Source: Rhina ancylostomus (lineage: Eukaryota). Taken from it: a DNA stretch of 64,000 nucleotides. The stretch is taken from contig JARFYF010000002.1 in NCBI GenBank assembly GCA_030265395.1, positions 70,853,744 to 70,917,743 of the forward strand. Direction: 5' to 3'. Shown here one piece after another: positions 25,990 to 39,040 of this stretch. The notes below the pieces were generated by a model, which did no database searches, had not been told where the DNA came from, and saw nothing but the letters and a program-made list of their open reading frames with translations. Each line of letters starts with the position of its first letter. Position 1 is the stretch's first letter. The position numbers were made by a program, and so were the translations under genes.

Positions 25990-26600
25990 TGGAATGGACA
26001 AAAGGCATTTGCAATCCTTGGCCGCAAATAGATGCGAGAAGTATAAAAGCCAGGGAATTATGCCAATTTTTTTGAAATATAATATGGTGATTATACTGTA
26101 TAATGGCTGGAGTACCACGTGCTATTTTAAGAAAGTTTCAAGACCGTGGAGAGGATGTGGGGAAGATTTACCAGGGATGAGGGATTCATTTACCTGAAGA
26201 ACTAGAGAAGCCATAACTGTTCTCACAGCAGAGAAGGTTGAAAGGAGATTTAAAGAGGATTTCAAATTCATGAAAAATTTTTTAAAAGGATAAAAGAGGA
26301 GAAACTACTACCACTGGCAGGAAGGTCGGTCACAAAGCAGGAGTAAAATTCTCCAAGGAGATTGAAGTTAGATGAATTTCTTTATAATGCAGAGAATTAT
26401 TATGATCTGGAATGTATTGGCTGAAAGTTTGTTAGGGCCAGGTTCAATAATAACTTTGAATAACAAATCCGATAAATGCCTTAAGTGCAGGTGGTTACCA
26501 GACTCTGGGGAGAGCAGTGGACTGGGACTTATGGGGGAGCTGTTTCAAGGAGCTATCTTAGCCGCAGTAGGCCGTGACTTCCATGCTGTAAGGTTCTGCT
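25990..26600 (+). mobile_element. Degraded CR1 3' fragment
   Basis: Contains agatttaccagggatgaggga, cagcagagaaggttgaaaggagattt and NFFIMQRIIMIWNVL. Confidence 0.65.
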
Positions 26601-26981
26601 ATAATTTTCCATACAAATGTTGCTTGTTTAGAAGCATTATGAAATTCTGGCATGTTAACAACTGCAATAATCAATTGCCTTTTAGGCAATGGAGAAATTG
26701 AACTATTTATCTCTAATTGAAGCTGGTAAAATTGTGCCTGCAGTGATGTGTATGGCACAGCTTTACCTTCCAAAATAATAAGTGTTTACTGCCACATTGT
26801 GTTATGCATATTACACTGTAAACATTCAAATGTGACAAAAGCTTGTTGGTTTGAGGGGAGTCATCAGATGCTAGTATCTCATTTCATAGCTCTGGTGTTG
26901 TTAATGTTATGTTTTTTTAATCAACAAGTGATTAGATTGTTGCACTTGCAGGTATTTTCTTTCTTCCAGATTCAACTTACA

Positions 26982-27116
26982 ATGACAACAGAAAGGTATA
27001 GGCCTACTTGGGACCTGGCATTGGATCCCCTTGTATCCTGTAAACTGTGCCTTGGGGAATATCCTTTAGAGCAAATGACAACGATATCACAGTGCCAATG
27101 CGTATTCTGTACTCTG
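26982..27116 (+). CDS. RNF144A: RNF144A coding exon 1 (MTTERYRPTWDLALDPLVSCKLCLGEYPLEQMTTISQCQCVFCTL; start of RING1)
   Basis: The translation matches the RNF144A N-terminus as I recall it (MTTxRYRPTWDLALDPLVSCKLCLGEYP). Acceptor ttcttccag ends at 26969, ATG is at 26982, donor GTTGGT at 27117. 135 nt, phase 0. Confidence 0.97.
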
Positions 27117-30100
27117 GTTGGTATAATTATTTTTGTTACTCTGTAACTGCTGTAGGAACTTGAAACAATTTTGCAAATCTTTCAATTCCCCCATATACAA
27201 TATATTTAATAGATTTGACATGTATTACACCAATTTCCTTAATGTATAAAAATTGCAGCAAGCACAATTACTGCTGAATTTGCATATCACAGCATGAAAT
27301 AGCTAAAATCTTTTGAACCCAAGAATGGGAAGAATAACTTAAATATTAATTTTGTAATCTGCTAATTTAATATAGTACTATTAGTTCATAATTTCTCCAA
27401 AGCTATGTCTCTTTGTCATTTATGTATTTTCTTTTTATTTCACTGATATCTGTTTGTGTTCTTTGATCTTGAATGATAATTAAATGACTTGCAACAATTT
27501 TAATTTTGTATTGTTCAATTTATTGTTACCAGTAATGCTGCTTTAGCTTTTATTATCCAATTCAAAATGTAGATTTGTTTTGCTTTGTAGTGACTTTTCA
27601 TTTAAAGCAAATCCTCTTCTCTGGTTGGCACTCAAGACAGATTTTCTATTTTAAGAGCTTTTAACATTGGGGAATTTTTTTTACATCCTGTCACAAAATC
27701 TGGCTTATTATTATTTCTGGTCTCTATTGCTTATTGAATTTAAAATGATGCACTTTCTGCTTTTAATGCAACTTGTGTAATTCTTCATGATATTCTTTGG
27801 CCTATTATTTTTCCTGACGCACTGCATTGTGGGAAGCCACAGCAGCCATGGCCAGCTCCTCCAAGTAATCCCTCAGCCTTCACTCCGCTTTCACTAAGTC
27901 ACTGTCTCTGACCCATTACCCCACGGAACTCTTCCTACACCACCTTTCTCCCAGGAAACCCGATCCGTGAATACCATCCCTTTCCATGATATCCCCGTTT
28001 CCTAAACCCTTCCCTAATCCATGAGTTTTGTGCATCAAAGAAGTTGCCTCACAGATGAAGTGCACAGCAGTGCTGNNNNNNNNNNNNNNNNNNNNNNTCG
28101 GAAATATCTGATGTCCTCAGACTGGAGAGGGTGTGGTAAAGGAAGGACTCAGCTGTAACTGCCAACCCAATCGACACGGTGATGTCATATCTAAATCTTA
28201 CTGCCCCACAGTATTGTGTGACTAAAAATGAAAATTGACAAAATTTGTTGTTTCTTTCACACTAACCTTGTCTATTCCCCAAGTCTAGTTGGCCTCAGCT
28301 GTTAAATAATGGCGATGGGTCACTTTGTCTTCACCAATAAAATGGCTTAATATGAGAGAAAAACATGCCATAGGAATGCATCTTTGCTTATAACATGAGA
28401 TTCAATGGGAAAAGGGGGATTGCTTAACGGAAAATTGCAATATGGACTTTTTTCTAGGAACATAACTTGTCTGTAATGTGGGGGCTGCTTGAGTAAACCT
28501 ATGGATATTACTGCCCTTGTAATTGTTCCACTAATGACAAATATTTTAAATCATCCTTCCATGGAAGGTCCAAAGCCCAGTTGTTAGTCAGTGCAGATCT
28601 CATCATGTAAGATGGGATAAAATTGACTGGAGTGACATTAAAGCAGGTTTACCCTGAATATTATTTCATTTTAGAATAAGCCAATGTAAATTTAAGTTCG
28701 TGAAAGGCAAAATCAATCTTGGAAGAGCAAAATCTTCACTCAAAATATGAAACACATTTGGAATATTGTTGAGCAACATAATATAGTGTAGATCTAATCA
28801 GAGACTAATGCAATGCAGAAAAATTATCACTGCTGATATTTTGTAGAATTTGCATAAACCATGAAGTAGCAAAAATATATACGTACATAGATTCACAAAA
28901 AAAAGGATAATCAAACTAAACTAGTCACAGCAACAGATAAAAACAATTAAAGTCATTAACAGAGCAAGTGTTTTTGCAAATGACACACAATACTAGAATG
29001 AAACAGCACAGATTAATCTGTTTTAACACTGAATGTCTTGGAGGTTACAGCTTTGGTAATATTGTTAACTGTCAAAAATGAGTAGTAAAATTAAATTTGG
29101 TATGTGGGCATATCCACGGGTTTTAATGGAATATGGATTGCTTTACCTTTAGATGTAGGAAAATAAGGATTTGAGTAGAAGGTAATAATTGAGCTGTAAT
29201 TGAATTATAGAGAAGAATATTGAAAGGGATGCTCTTTCATTTTTAAGTGCATCGTCCACATGGATGTTTACCAAACTGTATTTAGATATTTACTGTGTTG
29301 AATCACATTTTGCATTATATGCATTACAGCCTTTGAACCAATTCTCTGTAACTGAACTGCTTTTTGAAGCAGTAACAGAAATAGATACCACACCTTTTGT
29401 ACTCAAATATAACAAGATGCTTTAAGAATATTAAGATTTCTAGGCATCAAAATTGTTTTACATATAACATAATACACAAATACCCACTTCATAGTACAGC
29501 ATGGCTCCCAGTGAGTATCTTAAGTACTCCCGGGACATCCTTGTTGTGTAACAACTCAATACTCAAGAAACTGGTTGTGTTGAAAGTCCCATTTACTGGA
29601 GTTATCACGTGACGCCATCAGTGTAAGCTTTTAAAGGTAAGAAATAGGAGCAATATGTGGTGAAAGAATTCCCATTGGAGTACAGTTTTTGTCTGGAAAT
29701 GTGTTAAAATTCTGTGCTAAAATTCAGTCCAGTTCAAAGGGAATTTGTGAAGGGTGGAACATCACTAATTGGCTGCCTCTGGTCAAAGTTTTCACCAGTG
29801 TCAATATGTAGTGACTATTGCCTTTTTTGAAGTTGAAGCATTATTGAAAAGACTTATAAAGGAGAAGTGATACATGAAGTAAAAACCCGTCCAGTCTCTT
29901 TCAGGTTTCAGAGGTCAGAAACTGGACTGTTAACTCCCGCACCCTGAATTATTAGTTTTTGATACTGAGGTCCTGCAGGAATCAAAAACCCTTTGTGAAA
30001 GTAACCATTCTTCACCTTCGTGTCTGAAGCTTGAACAATGGATAGCTAGACAGCAGTGGAGCTGGAATCCTGACTTTTATCCTGATTCCTTCAGTTCAAA

Positions 30101-30366
30101 GGTTACAGGAGTATTGACAGAACCTGGGACGCTCATGATGGAGATTAGTTTATTTGCCAAAATCAAGAAATCAAATTTGGGATGACTTTAATTTGCCTAG
30201 CCAGTTCCATATCTGTGAGTCATTGGAGATTAGGACATCTCTGATATGATTGCTAAATTAATTTTATTTTTTAAGCCCAGTTGCCCTCTTCAGTTTGCTT
30301 CGGGACTGTCTTGAACTTTATACAGAAAGTAGGCCCAATCACTGTTACCATTGAGATAAGTTTCAG

Positions 30367-30613
30367 TAAATGAAAATTAAAGCCGCAGATGCTGGACATT
30401 AGAAATAAAAATAGAAAATGCTGGAAAAACTCAGCAGGTCAGGAAGCATCTGTGGAAAGAGAAACAGTCAACGTTTCAGTTCTGCGGCCCCTCGTCAGAA
30501 CTGAGAAAGAGCAAGATGCAAGTTAATTTTCAGTAGGGGAGAAGGTACTGAAAACTAACTTGTGCCTTACTCTTTCCCAGTTCTGATGAAGGTTGCAGAC
30601 TTGATACGTTGGC
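30367..30613. mobile_element. Penelope-derived inverted mini-element with hammerhead motifs on both strands and a 15-bp TSD
   Basis: Inverted arms 30465-30535 and 30546-30615 with a 10-nt spacer. Flanking direct repeats tgagataagtttcag (30352-30366) and tgaaataaatttcag (30614-30628) match at 13 of 15 positions. Confidence 0.8.
30465..30503 (-). ncRNA. Minimal type I hammerhead ribozyme motif (best-preserved core; stem II is weak)
   Basis: The minus strand reads CAGUU-CUGACGA-ggggccgcagaacu-GAAA-CG-UU-GACUG. Stem I is CAGUU/GACUG, both conserved boxes are intact, and stem III is the palindromic ACGU. Confidence 0.65.
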
Positions 30614-31544
30614 TGAAATAAATTTCAGGTTTTGTTTAAATATTGCTGATAAATGGCCTCCTGTCTTTGGTCACTTTACCTTCTGATGTACAGGATATCA
30701 GCATGTATTTCAAATATCTGGATGGCATGATGTGTCAGGAGTTTTTAGTCAGTTGTGGCTCAGCTGGTGGCATTTTCACCTGAGGTGGGGGACTGTGGGA
30801 TCAAGGCCATCTCCTGCTTTTAATCCAAACTGACACCTTGCCAAAGGAGAGGAAGAAGAGAGCACTGAACTGATTTAATGTTAAACTAAGATCTCATTGC
30901 CATTCCTAGGTAGATGCAGTCTGTATTTGCCCCTCACCCAATATCACTAGAACAGAATGTCTGCTCATATTTTCATCACTATATATAGAATCTTGCTTCA
31001 TGCAAATTCTCTGCATGTTCACAGCAAGAGTAGATTTGGGGAAAAAAGTACTCAGTGCTAAAGCACGTTGGATGTGAACAGCACAATATAAACCAAAGTC
31101 TTTCACACCATCTTTTAAAACCCAGCTGAGTGTGTTGGGACCAACGTCTCTGCACGTTGGAAGTTAGGGTCAGTTTTAATTCATCTTCTATTGGCCATTT
31201 ATTCCCATAGCACAAGCCTGCTGATCTTCTTGTTGCTAAGTGGCAGTCTCAGTTGAAAGCTTGTGTGATAGCTCGTGTCAACATGAAACCATGGCACACT
31301 GCTGCTCCACTGGTTGAGCCAGATAAACTTTGTTGAGGAAGCTTTATCTGAAGCTGGTAAGCCCTGGCATTGTTTTGGATATGTATAGATGGGGAGAGGT
31401 AGAGATGGATGGGAACTGGGCATGAAGTGTACTTAAGTCAACCTTTTTAATGTTTCTTTAGGTGCAGTGAGAATTCACCCACAAGGTGGAGAAGAATATA
31501 TACGTCAGAACAGTTAAAAAAATTTCTCTCTGGTTTGCCAACAG

Positions 31545-31649
31545 TGTTTGAAGCAATATGTGGAGCTTTTAATTAAGGAGGGCTTGGAATCTGCAGTTAG
31601 CTGCCCTGATGCTGCTTGCCCTAAGAGAGGTCACCTACAGGAAAATGAG
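31545..31649 (+). CDS. RNF144A: RNF144A coding exon 2 (CLKQYVELLIKEGLESAVSCPDAACPKRGHLQENE; end of RING1)
   Basis: Acceptor ccaacag, donor GTATTT at 31650. 105 nt, in frame. Not in the ORF track. Confidence 0.96.
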
Positions 31650-31963
31650 GTATTTCCCAAATTTAATGACAAAATAATTACAGAGATTACAAGTCTTTCA
31701 TAACACTCTCCATGTGTCTGTGCACTCACCTGGGTGAATCTGTGACTCTCTCTTCATCACAGTAGTAATACTTGGCATTGGATAATTATGACCCAGTGGG
31801 CTTTCTAATTACAAATATACTTTACATGAATGATTTCTGAGTGTAACACAGAAACTCCAGAACTGTTTCCAATAACATCTTCAATAAGCACTTTATAGTC
31901 CTTTTAGCTTGATTTTTTTTTCCCCAGTCTATAACTGTATTTCATTGTTTATCTTACCAACAG

Positions 31964-32024
31964 ATTGAATGTATTGTAGCAGCAGAACTTATGCAGAGAT
32001 ATAAAAGGCTGCAGTTTGAAAAAG
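31964..32024 (+). CDS. RNF144A: RNF144A coding exon 3 (IECIVAAELMQRYKRLQFEK+G), with a GC donor
   Basis: Acceptor ccaacag. 61 nt. Only the donor AAG|GCAAGT at 32025 keeps the frame into the next exon. Confidence 0.93.
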
Positions 32025-32629
32025 GCAAGTAAATAGTTATATGTAAACTGGTAACTGCTTTGTATTTTTTGTCTTATTCTTCAAATTCATTTTGATTTCA
32101 GTTGCATTTCCTGTGTAAGAAGATTTTTCTTTTTTTAATTTTAAAACCTGGTTTTGGAAAACTGCTGTAATTTATAACCTACTGCAGCATATATTGATAG
32201 ACTATTTGTCAATATAATTGCCTATCCTTCTATCTTACTGTCCCATTCATTTTGGCCGAACACTGATCATCAACAGAAAAGCGATCTTTTAACATTCACT
32301 TTCGTTTTCAACTTGGCAACTAATGAAGCAACCCAGGTCCTGGTACAGCAAGGCAACATTTTGGCTTGCACTAATGAGTGACAAGCAACACTCTACACAT
32401 TGGCCAGATGGTGACCATCTTCCTGATAAGAGAATATTTAAGTACCTTCTTTTGACATTTAATGGCATTGTGTCTTCATCAGTCCGCTGAGGATCATGAG
32501 ACTTGTTATGGCATTGAAGGCCCATCAAGTCTCTGCTGGCTGCTGGTAAAGCAATCCCATCAGTCGAATTCCTTTGCTTTTTCCCTACAGCCCTGCATGT
32601 TGTTCCTTCAATTTATGTACCAGAAGCTT

Positions 32630-33170
32630 AACTGCTCTAGTCGCATAAATACTGTGTCTACAAGAGCAAGTTATAGGCAGGGTATCCAATGGTAAGTGAC
32701 TACCCTAAGTCTTTGCACCATATGCAAGGCATAAGACAGGGATGTGATGAAATACTCTTCAGAGACCCAAGAACTCAGGGGTTCGCATTCTCTGGAACCC
32801 CATTCACCACTCAAAATTTTCACTCCCTGCACCATCATCTGATGTGCTGGCAACTGCAAAATTCACTGCTGTAGTTCACCAAGGCTTCTTCCAAACATTG
32901 ACCTTTGCCAGTCAGAAGGATGAGAGAAATAGCCACCTTGAAATGAGACCACCTTCAAGTTCTGCAGCAGGATGCACACCGTTCTGACATGGAAGTACTG
33001 TCCTTTCACGGTCACTGAATCAAAATCATGGAACACATTGCTCTATCACACCATGGGAGTTCCTTCACAGAGGACTGCAGCAGTTTTAAAAGGCAGATCA
33101 CCATCAGCTTCTCAAGGGGGAAGGTGGGGGTGTCAGATTTGGGCAACAAAATACTGGCAGTGACACCGCA
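32630..33170 (+). mobile_element. Degraded LINE (CR1/L2 group) 3' fragment
   Basis: Contains cactccctgcaccatc, caaaatcatggaacac (SWNxL-type motif) and gactgcagcagttttaaaaggcagatcaccatcagcttctcaaggg. The family is uncertain. Confidence 0.55.
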
Positions 33171-36100
33171 CTTGGATTTTTAAAAATATCTTTGGCTTTT
33201 ATGACCAGATATCCTATTGAAGAAAGCTCTCTGATGAGCCTTTTTAATGTAGTGCTATGATTTGTTAACTTCATTTTTTAAGTGATCTTTTATCCCTTCA
33301 AGTATCCTCTTTCCAAAAGCACTAGACAATCAGAATAATAAACATATTTGGTTGAAGTTATCAAAAAAATTGACAAATTTCTAAATTCAGCATAAAGATG
33401 TGGGTTTGTCTCAAAATTAAGAGTCAGATTTTAAAAACTGCTCAAATCCTGAAACAAGGTCTTTTCTTGCTCGTCCTATTTATATTTACATGCTAAATGG
33501 GCTATATTTTGTTATACGTTCAAAGTAAGTTAACATCATCTTTTGTAAACTGCTTATATGATGCATGTGCATGGTTTTTAGAAGAAGTCTTATGTCACGT
33601 TATTTAACAGTATAAAACAAATAAATTACAAAACTTAATGTACTCCTTTAATACTTCTCATATTATGGATCTACAGCAGAAATATTAGAAGATTTGTGAA
33701 ACAATTTATAGAGGATGATGCACCTGCAAACTGACTGGGTAGTACAAGGGTGCAGCATGTTTTAACCTTGAGCTGTGACTGGCCTTGTCAGCTGGAATGG
33801 GCACGGGCAAGATGTGTAGCTAGATACCAGAATATTGATTTGGGAGGTCCAGAGGAAGCAGAACAGCTGGAAAAAAGGCCAAAGTATTAATTCCAGCAGA
33901 GAATCAGAGTGCATATGTTGATCATAAACCAACGTGTGAGCCAGAGAAACGTAAAACTTGTTAAAGATAAATAGAAAAAATGTTATGGTAGAAGCAGGAC
34001 AATAATTACAGTGCAGATAGACTAATGGAATATTCCATTTCATATATTGTAATGGTGAAGGCAATGTCATATAACTCGTGCTGTATTCATTTGTTTTTTA
34101 AATTATGTGTTTCTCTTTGGGAGATAGACTTTTGTGTGCTGCTCTTCCTGATTTTAAAGTTGTTGTTTGCTGCTAGTCCACGTGCCTGCTGAACTCCAGT
34201 GAGGTTTAATTGGATGGGATTGATTTCCGTTGTTTATTTTGAAACTGTCAAGGCCTCTGAGAGTTGGGTTATTTATACCAAGAAGTCCATTCATTGGAGA
34301 GAGCTGTGTAATGTGAAGGTGCCTTTTTATCCACACTACTCAGCTTTAAAGGAAAAATTCAAACATACAGAGTCATAAACAGAGAGGGGACTCTACCGGC
34401 TGAAATATTCTTACTATTAAAGAAAACTGTTGATGCATTCAAGAGGTTAGGCTCTGAAAGGTGTAAAATCCTAAGTATTCAAATGTGTATGTAACTACAT
34501 ATGTAACCAAATGGATAGGTGTAGGAGTGTGTTCCATGATTCACCAGTTGCCTTCTTCATGGAGCTGTCGTCACAAGTGAACCATCCATTTTTGTTTGCA
34601 ATTGTACGCAACTGAAATGGTTTGTCTTGAACTCCTTGTTGGCTAGGACATTCCTGGGTTATCCTGGGCATTCATCCTGAATAACTATCAAGCCCATCAT
34701 TTGCATAACCCAATCACCCCTTTCTGATCCCACTGCTAGATTGGATTATGTTGGATCACATCATGCTTTCTGATGCATCCAGTTTTCTCTGCCTGTGAGC
34801 AAATCTCAAAGGAACTTCTGGAAGCTGCTCTGCAAAGTAATGGGGACTTTTTCCTTTTTTTCTAATTTGGGAGCTAGGAAAAGTAGAAATGTTCCTTGTT
34901 GAACTTGTAGGCTGCTGCCAACCAGAGCATACCTACAGCAGCTCCAGCCCTTCTCCCTCCTCTACCTAAGCATTAGTGTGGGCCTAGTGCTGGGGTTATC
35001 AACAGCTGATCTTCATTCTTGCCATCACCATGAACTTCAACATGCAAACTGCATCCTAAAGATGTAGATGGACTAATTTTGTGTGATCTGTGCACAAAAC
35101 TGTGTGGGTTCTTGCCCCAAGAATCATTAGCATTTTCTTGTGTTAAGCAGCCCATGAAATGACAAACAGTTCATGAGTTAAGGTGTTACTTGGTCATGGT
35201 AAATAATTATAATAAGTAGTTAACTTGTGTCAAGGTGAATCAGTAACAAGGTGAATAATTTGTGGTAGCCTTGGGTGCAGCATTCATTGGTGCGAATCAG
35301 GACACAAAATTCCATTGCTAAGTTGCTGAAGAAAAGCTGCTTTCATTATCGTAGGATGGGAAATAAAACTATTGTCTAAAAATTGGATTTTACCCCGATA
35401 CATGGCTATGGTTAGCACCAACAATCAAGGGGTTACCTGTAGAAAATCTTGAAGTTGGCTAAAATCTAGCTGGAAATGTTGGGGTGATCTACACCCAGAA
35501 ATGAACACTGAACTGGGACCCATGTGATTCTACATTTGCACATCTTCTTTTGCTTTGCTGTGTGGTAATCACAGAGGGCTCAGCTCTTAATGGCACCCAC
35601 CCCATGGCTGCTATTCAACAGCAACACTCTTTGGAATCCATGGAGGAGATCTAGGCTTTGGGGAGAGGGAGTTAGATCCCAAATTCACACCATGGAGCAT
35701 GGAGGTTTGAGTAAACGTGCCTGGATGAAGGAGCAGTGGGTGGGGAGGCGCGGGTCAGGGGACAGGAAACCTGCCAGGATTACCATAAGAAGAGTCTCGC
35801 AGGAGATGGCCACAGTGGTTTCTACCAGGAGACAGAACCTGCACACAAAGACAAAGCTAATCAAAATTTCATGATATACGAGGTACATTGAGGTACACCT
35901 GCTTGGCTCCTTACTCCAACAGATTGGAGATCCTCACAGAAAATGCAGCAGCCTGACCTGCTTAAGTGAGGTGCCCTTCATCAGGAAATGCAAAGATGTT
36001 GTAGCAAGTTATTAAAGTGAGTTCAGCAGAAATTAATTCTGTGGATCGGAGGTGACCTTATGCATCATCTGGGATCTCCCAGATGATTATGTATATTATG

Positions 36101-36369
36101 TCGGCGTTAGGAAGTGTCATTTGATTTGCATTAGGGGATTGTATTTTGCAAAAATTATCTCTCTAAGTAGTCCCTTGTGTCACTCATGGCCAGTGCTTGC
36201 CAGCCTCTGGCCACTGAGAGATGAGGCTGCAGACGTTCAGCAGAGACATTCCGCTGGTCTTCTGTCTCATGGTCCTGGGGCTCCACGGCTCCTTGCTCAT
36301 CTGTCTCTGGCAGCAGCTTCTGCCTTCAGTTGGTGAGGTGGTACAGTGTCCAGCAGATAACGATGGAGT

Positions 36370-36545
36370 CTCCACATCTCTTTGATGTGTACTACACTTG
36401 CCCCAGATGATGCAGAATCTCATATTCAGGAGACCTGTGGCATTGCCAACTATGAACTTGTTGATGATATTGGAACGTTGTCTTAGGCTACAGAGAAATA
36501 GCGATGTGTTGGTGATAGGAATCTTCCCTCCCGTAAATCCAAACA
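36370..36545 (-). mobile_element. Possible PIF/Harbinger transposase remnant
   Basis: The minus translation SNIINKFIVGNATGLLNMRFCII resembles the Harbinger DDE C-terminal motif R..VE.T.GLLK.RFRCL. Very degenerate. Confidence 0.35.
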
Positions 36546-36787
36546 CTTCACTGGAACAAAAAAAAGAGCAACTAGTACATTGCAAATTTTGCAAATAGTA
36601 AGTACTTTTTTTCAGGTTACTTACTTAGATTGAACTTGGTGCTGTGCAGAGATAACTATAAGTTTACACCGCAATCCATTATACCAAAGATAATGAGTCT
36701 GTCAGCAAAATTCATGTGGTGGGGTTTAGGTTAAGAGTTTCTGCCTTTGTGTGTGCTAAGTTGGTTACATAACTAATTGTCTTACAG

Positions 36788-36998
36788 AAGTGCTTTTGGA
36801 TCCATGCCGAACTTGGTGCCCATCCTCTGCTTGCCAGTCTGTCTGCCAACTGAAGGATGTGGAGTTGCAGCAGCCCCAGATGGTACAATGTGCAGCCTGT
36901 AACTTGCAGTTTTGCTCTCTCTGCAAAGCAAACTGGCACCCAGGGCAGGCTTGCCAAGAAAACCTGCCCATTACCTCATTCCTTCCTGGAGAAACAAG
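36788..36998 (+). CDS. RNF144A: RNF144A coding exon 4 (EVLLDPCRTWCPSSACQSVC...CNLQFCSLCKANWHPGQACQENLPITSFLPGET; IBR domain)
   Basis: Acceptor cttacag, donor AG|GTACTC at 36999. 211 nt. IBR Cys/His pattern is intact. Confidence 0.96.
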
Positions 36999-38344
36999 GT
37001 ACTCCTCTGCTTTACTGACAGCAGATCCTGCTTTTGCATTTCTCTATGCCTGTTCTGCTGTTCTATTGACAGAACTGTAACGCTTCTCTTTGTAAAGTTG
37101 TTCCCATTTGGTCCCATGCTGAACCCCATTGGATAAACTGCAGACAAGATTGCCATCAAGAGATGGTCTTATACACACGGAAGTATTTTGAGTGCAATGG
37201 AACTACTGAGCTGACATCATCCTGCCTTTCAAATACAAGTATAATCATTCATCTTTGAACAGAAGCAAGATCATTTTATTGTTACTTTCTTTATATCAGT
37301 ATAATATACTGAAAGTATAATGAGATTAGGCTTGATCATCTCAAAGGTAAAGTTCCCCATCACAAAAGAAAAGATGCAGAATATGTTCAAGTGTGATGCT
37401 TGGAGTGTTGAACGTCGTCTATTGCAGACAAAGTGCAACTGCACCATGAATTAGATTCATGCACATGCAGAACTCTGTGATAACCAGGAGCACTAGTATA
37501 AAAGGCCTTGAGCCCAGTCTGTCAGTTCAGAACTAAAAGCTGATTTTAAATGAATTATGTGCATACAACCATATCGATATGTGCTGATATTTGTGATTAG
37601 TCTAGATGGACAAAGTTGCCATAATCCTAGCATAAGATTCCAATTTGACTAGTGCAGTAAATTCAAATCATCTTGGTGCCTTAGAATGGCCAGCAGATGT
37701 ATATTTTGGCTGAGAACAAAATCATAATTTTAAGCAGTTGTTATGCAAAGGGATATGGATTTAAATGTCATCCATTGTTTTACCTTTGTTACAGCACGAT
37801 ATTTTGCCCATTTCATCTGACCACAAGGGAGGGGAGTACGTCATCTGTGCACCCATTTTTGTTTTGTTGCTTCTATTGCACTTGTTTACTTTTCACACTG
37901 GTTCCCTGCTCTGTCACTTTGGTGCAAATTGGGTCCTGCAGCTGTCTCACTGACAATTTTTCTTAAGAAGAAACAAAAAGGATGACATTTACGCCATTCC
38001 TTATCACATCTTTTGGGAGTTCAATATATTTTATACCAAACAATTAATATTAATACATACTCACTATTTGCGTTATTGCAGCTGTAGCTTCAGAACACTG
38101 CAGTGCCCCTACTTTGTGGGCATCAACCTTCAAAGTTTGATCAAAATTGAACATTTAATATACTGTATGATCCACCTGTTTTTACTGATCACTTTGTAAG
38201 ATTGCCATTTTACATCCCTTTGCAATCAATTACATTGTTACCACTGATGTTTCCAACTGTTAAATAGATCCGAAAAAAGTTCCATTGTTCTTTGTGAAAT
38301 ATTCCTTATCCAAAGTTGCCATGAAGTAAATCTGATCATTTAGT

Positions 38345-38630
38345 ATTAAGATAAGATTAAGATATCTTTATTAGTCACGTGTACATCGAAACAGACAGTG
38401 AAATGCATCTTTACATAGTGTTCTGGGAGGTGTCACCATACTCACCAACATAGCATGCTCACATCTTCCTAACCTGTACATTTTTGGAATGTGGGATGAA
38501 ACCGGAGCACCCAGAGGAAACACACACATTCATGGGGAGAACATACAAACTCCTTACAACCTGCAACTGGAATTGAACCCGGGTCGCTGGCACTGTAATA
38601 GCATTATGCTAACCTCTACACTACCGTGAC
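38345..38630 (-). mobile_element. tRNA-derived V-SINE with a Rex1/Babar-like tail (second copy)
   Basis: Colinear with 15840-16135. B-box GGTTCAATTCC on the minus strand (38569-38579) and a taaga-type terminal microsatellite. Confidence 0.82.
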
Positions 38631-39040
38631 TGAGGGTATTTCACTGTTCAATTTGGCAGTTAAGTTAGCCTATGCAAATAATCTTATGCAAAATATAATA
38701 CTTTTTTTTTCTTCCCATTACCTGAGCAGAGAAATCAGGCAAAGAACAGATAAAATTGAGTGAGGGAAATGCTACTTCATTTCCATTAGGTTTTTATTGA
38801 TAAAATCTCTTAGGTTTATGAGGAACTTTGCAGTAAAATTGTAAATAGGCTGCAAGTTTATTTGATGAGTGTTTTGCATGTTGGTGCGAATAGCAAATGA
38901 AATTCATTGCCTCAGTAGAAATTATTTTGAAATTATGCTGATTTCCACAGTACTTATAGGGTGGGTCCATTTCTGTTGTGTTGTTTGAGATACCTGAACC
39001 AGATGTTTGGAAATGATTTTTTTTTTCTCCATTCATCTAG

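Noticed and set aside
26748-26981. In-frame ORF extension upstream of the RNF144A ATG (ORF 26748-27146)
   Set aside because: It reads through a clear splice acceptor at 26969 and has no recognisable homology, so it is chance open intron sequence.
32025-32030. Canonical GT donor at 32029 for coding exon 3
   Set aside because: It adds 4 nt and shifts the frame of the IBR exon. The GC donor at 32025 preserves the protein.
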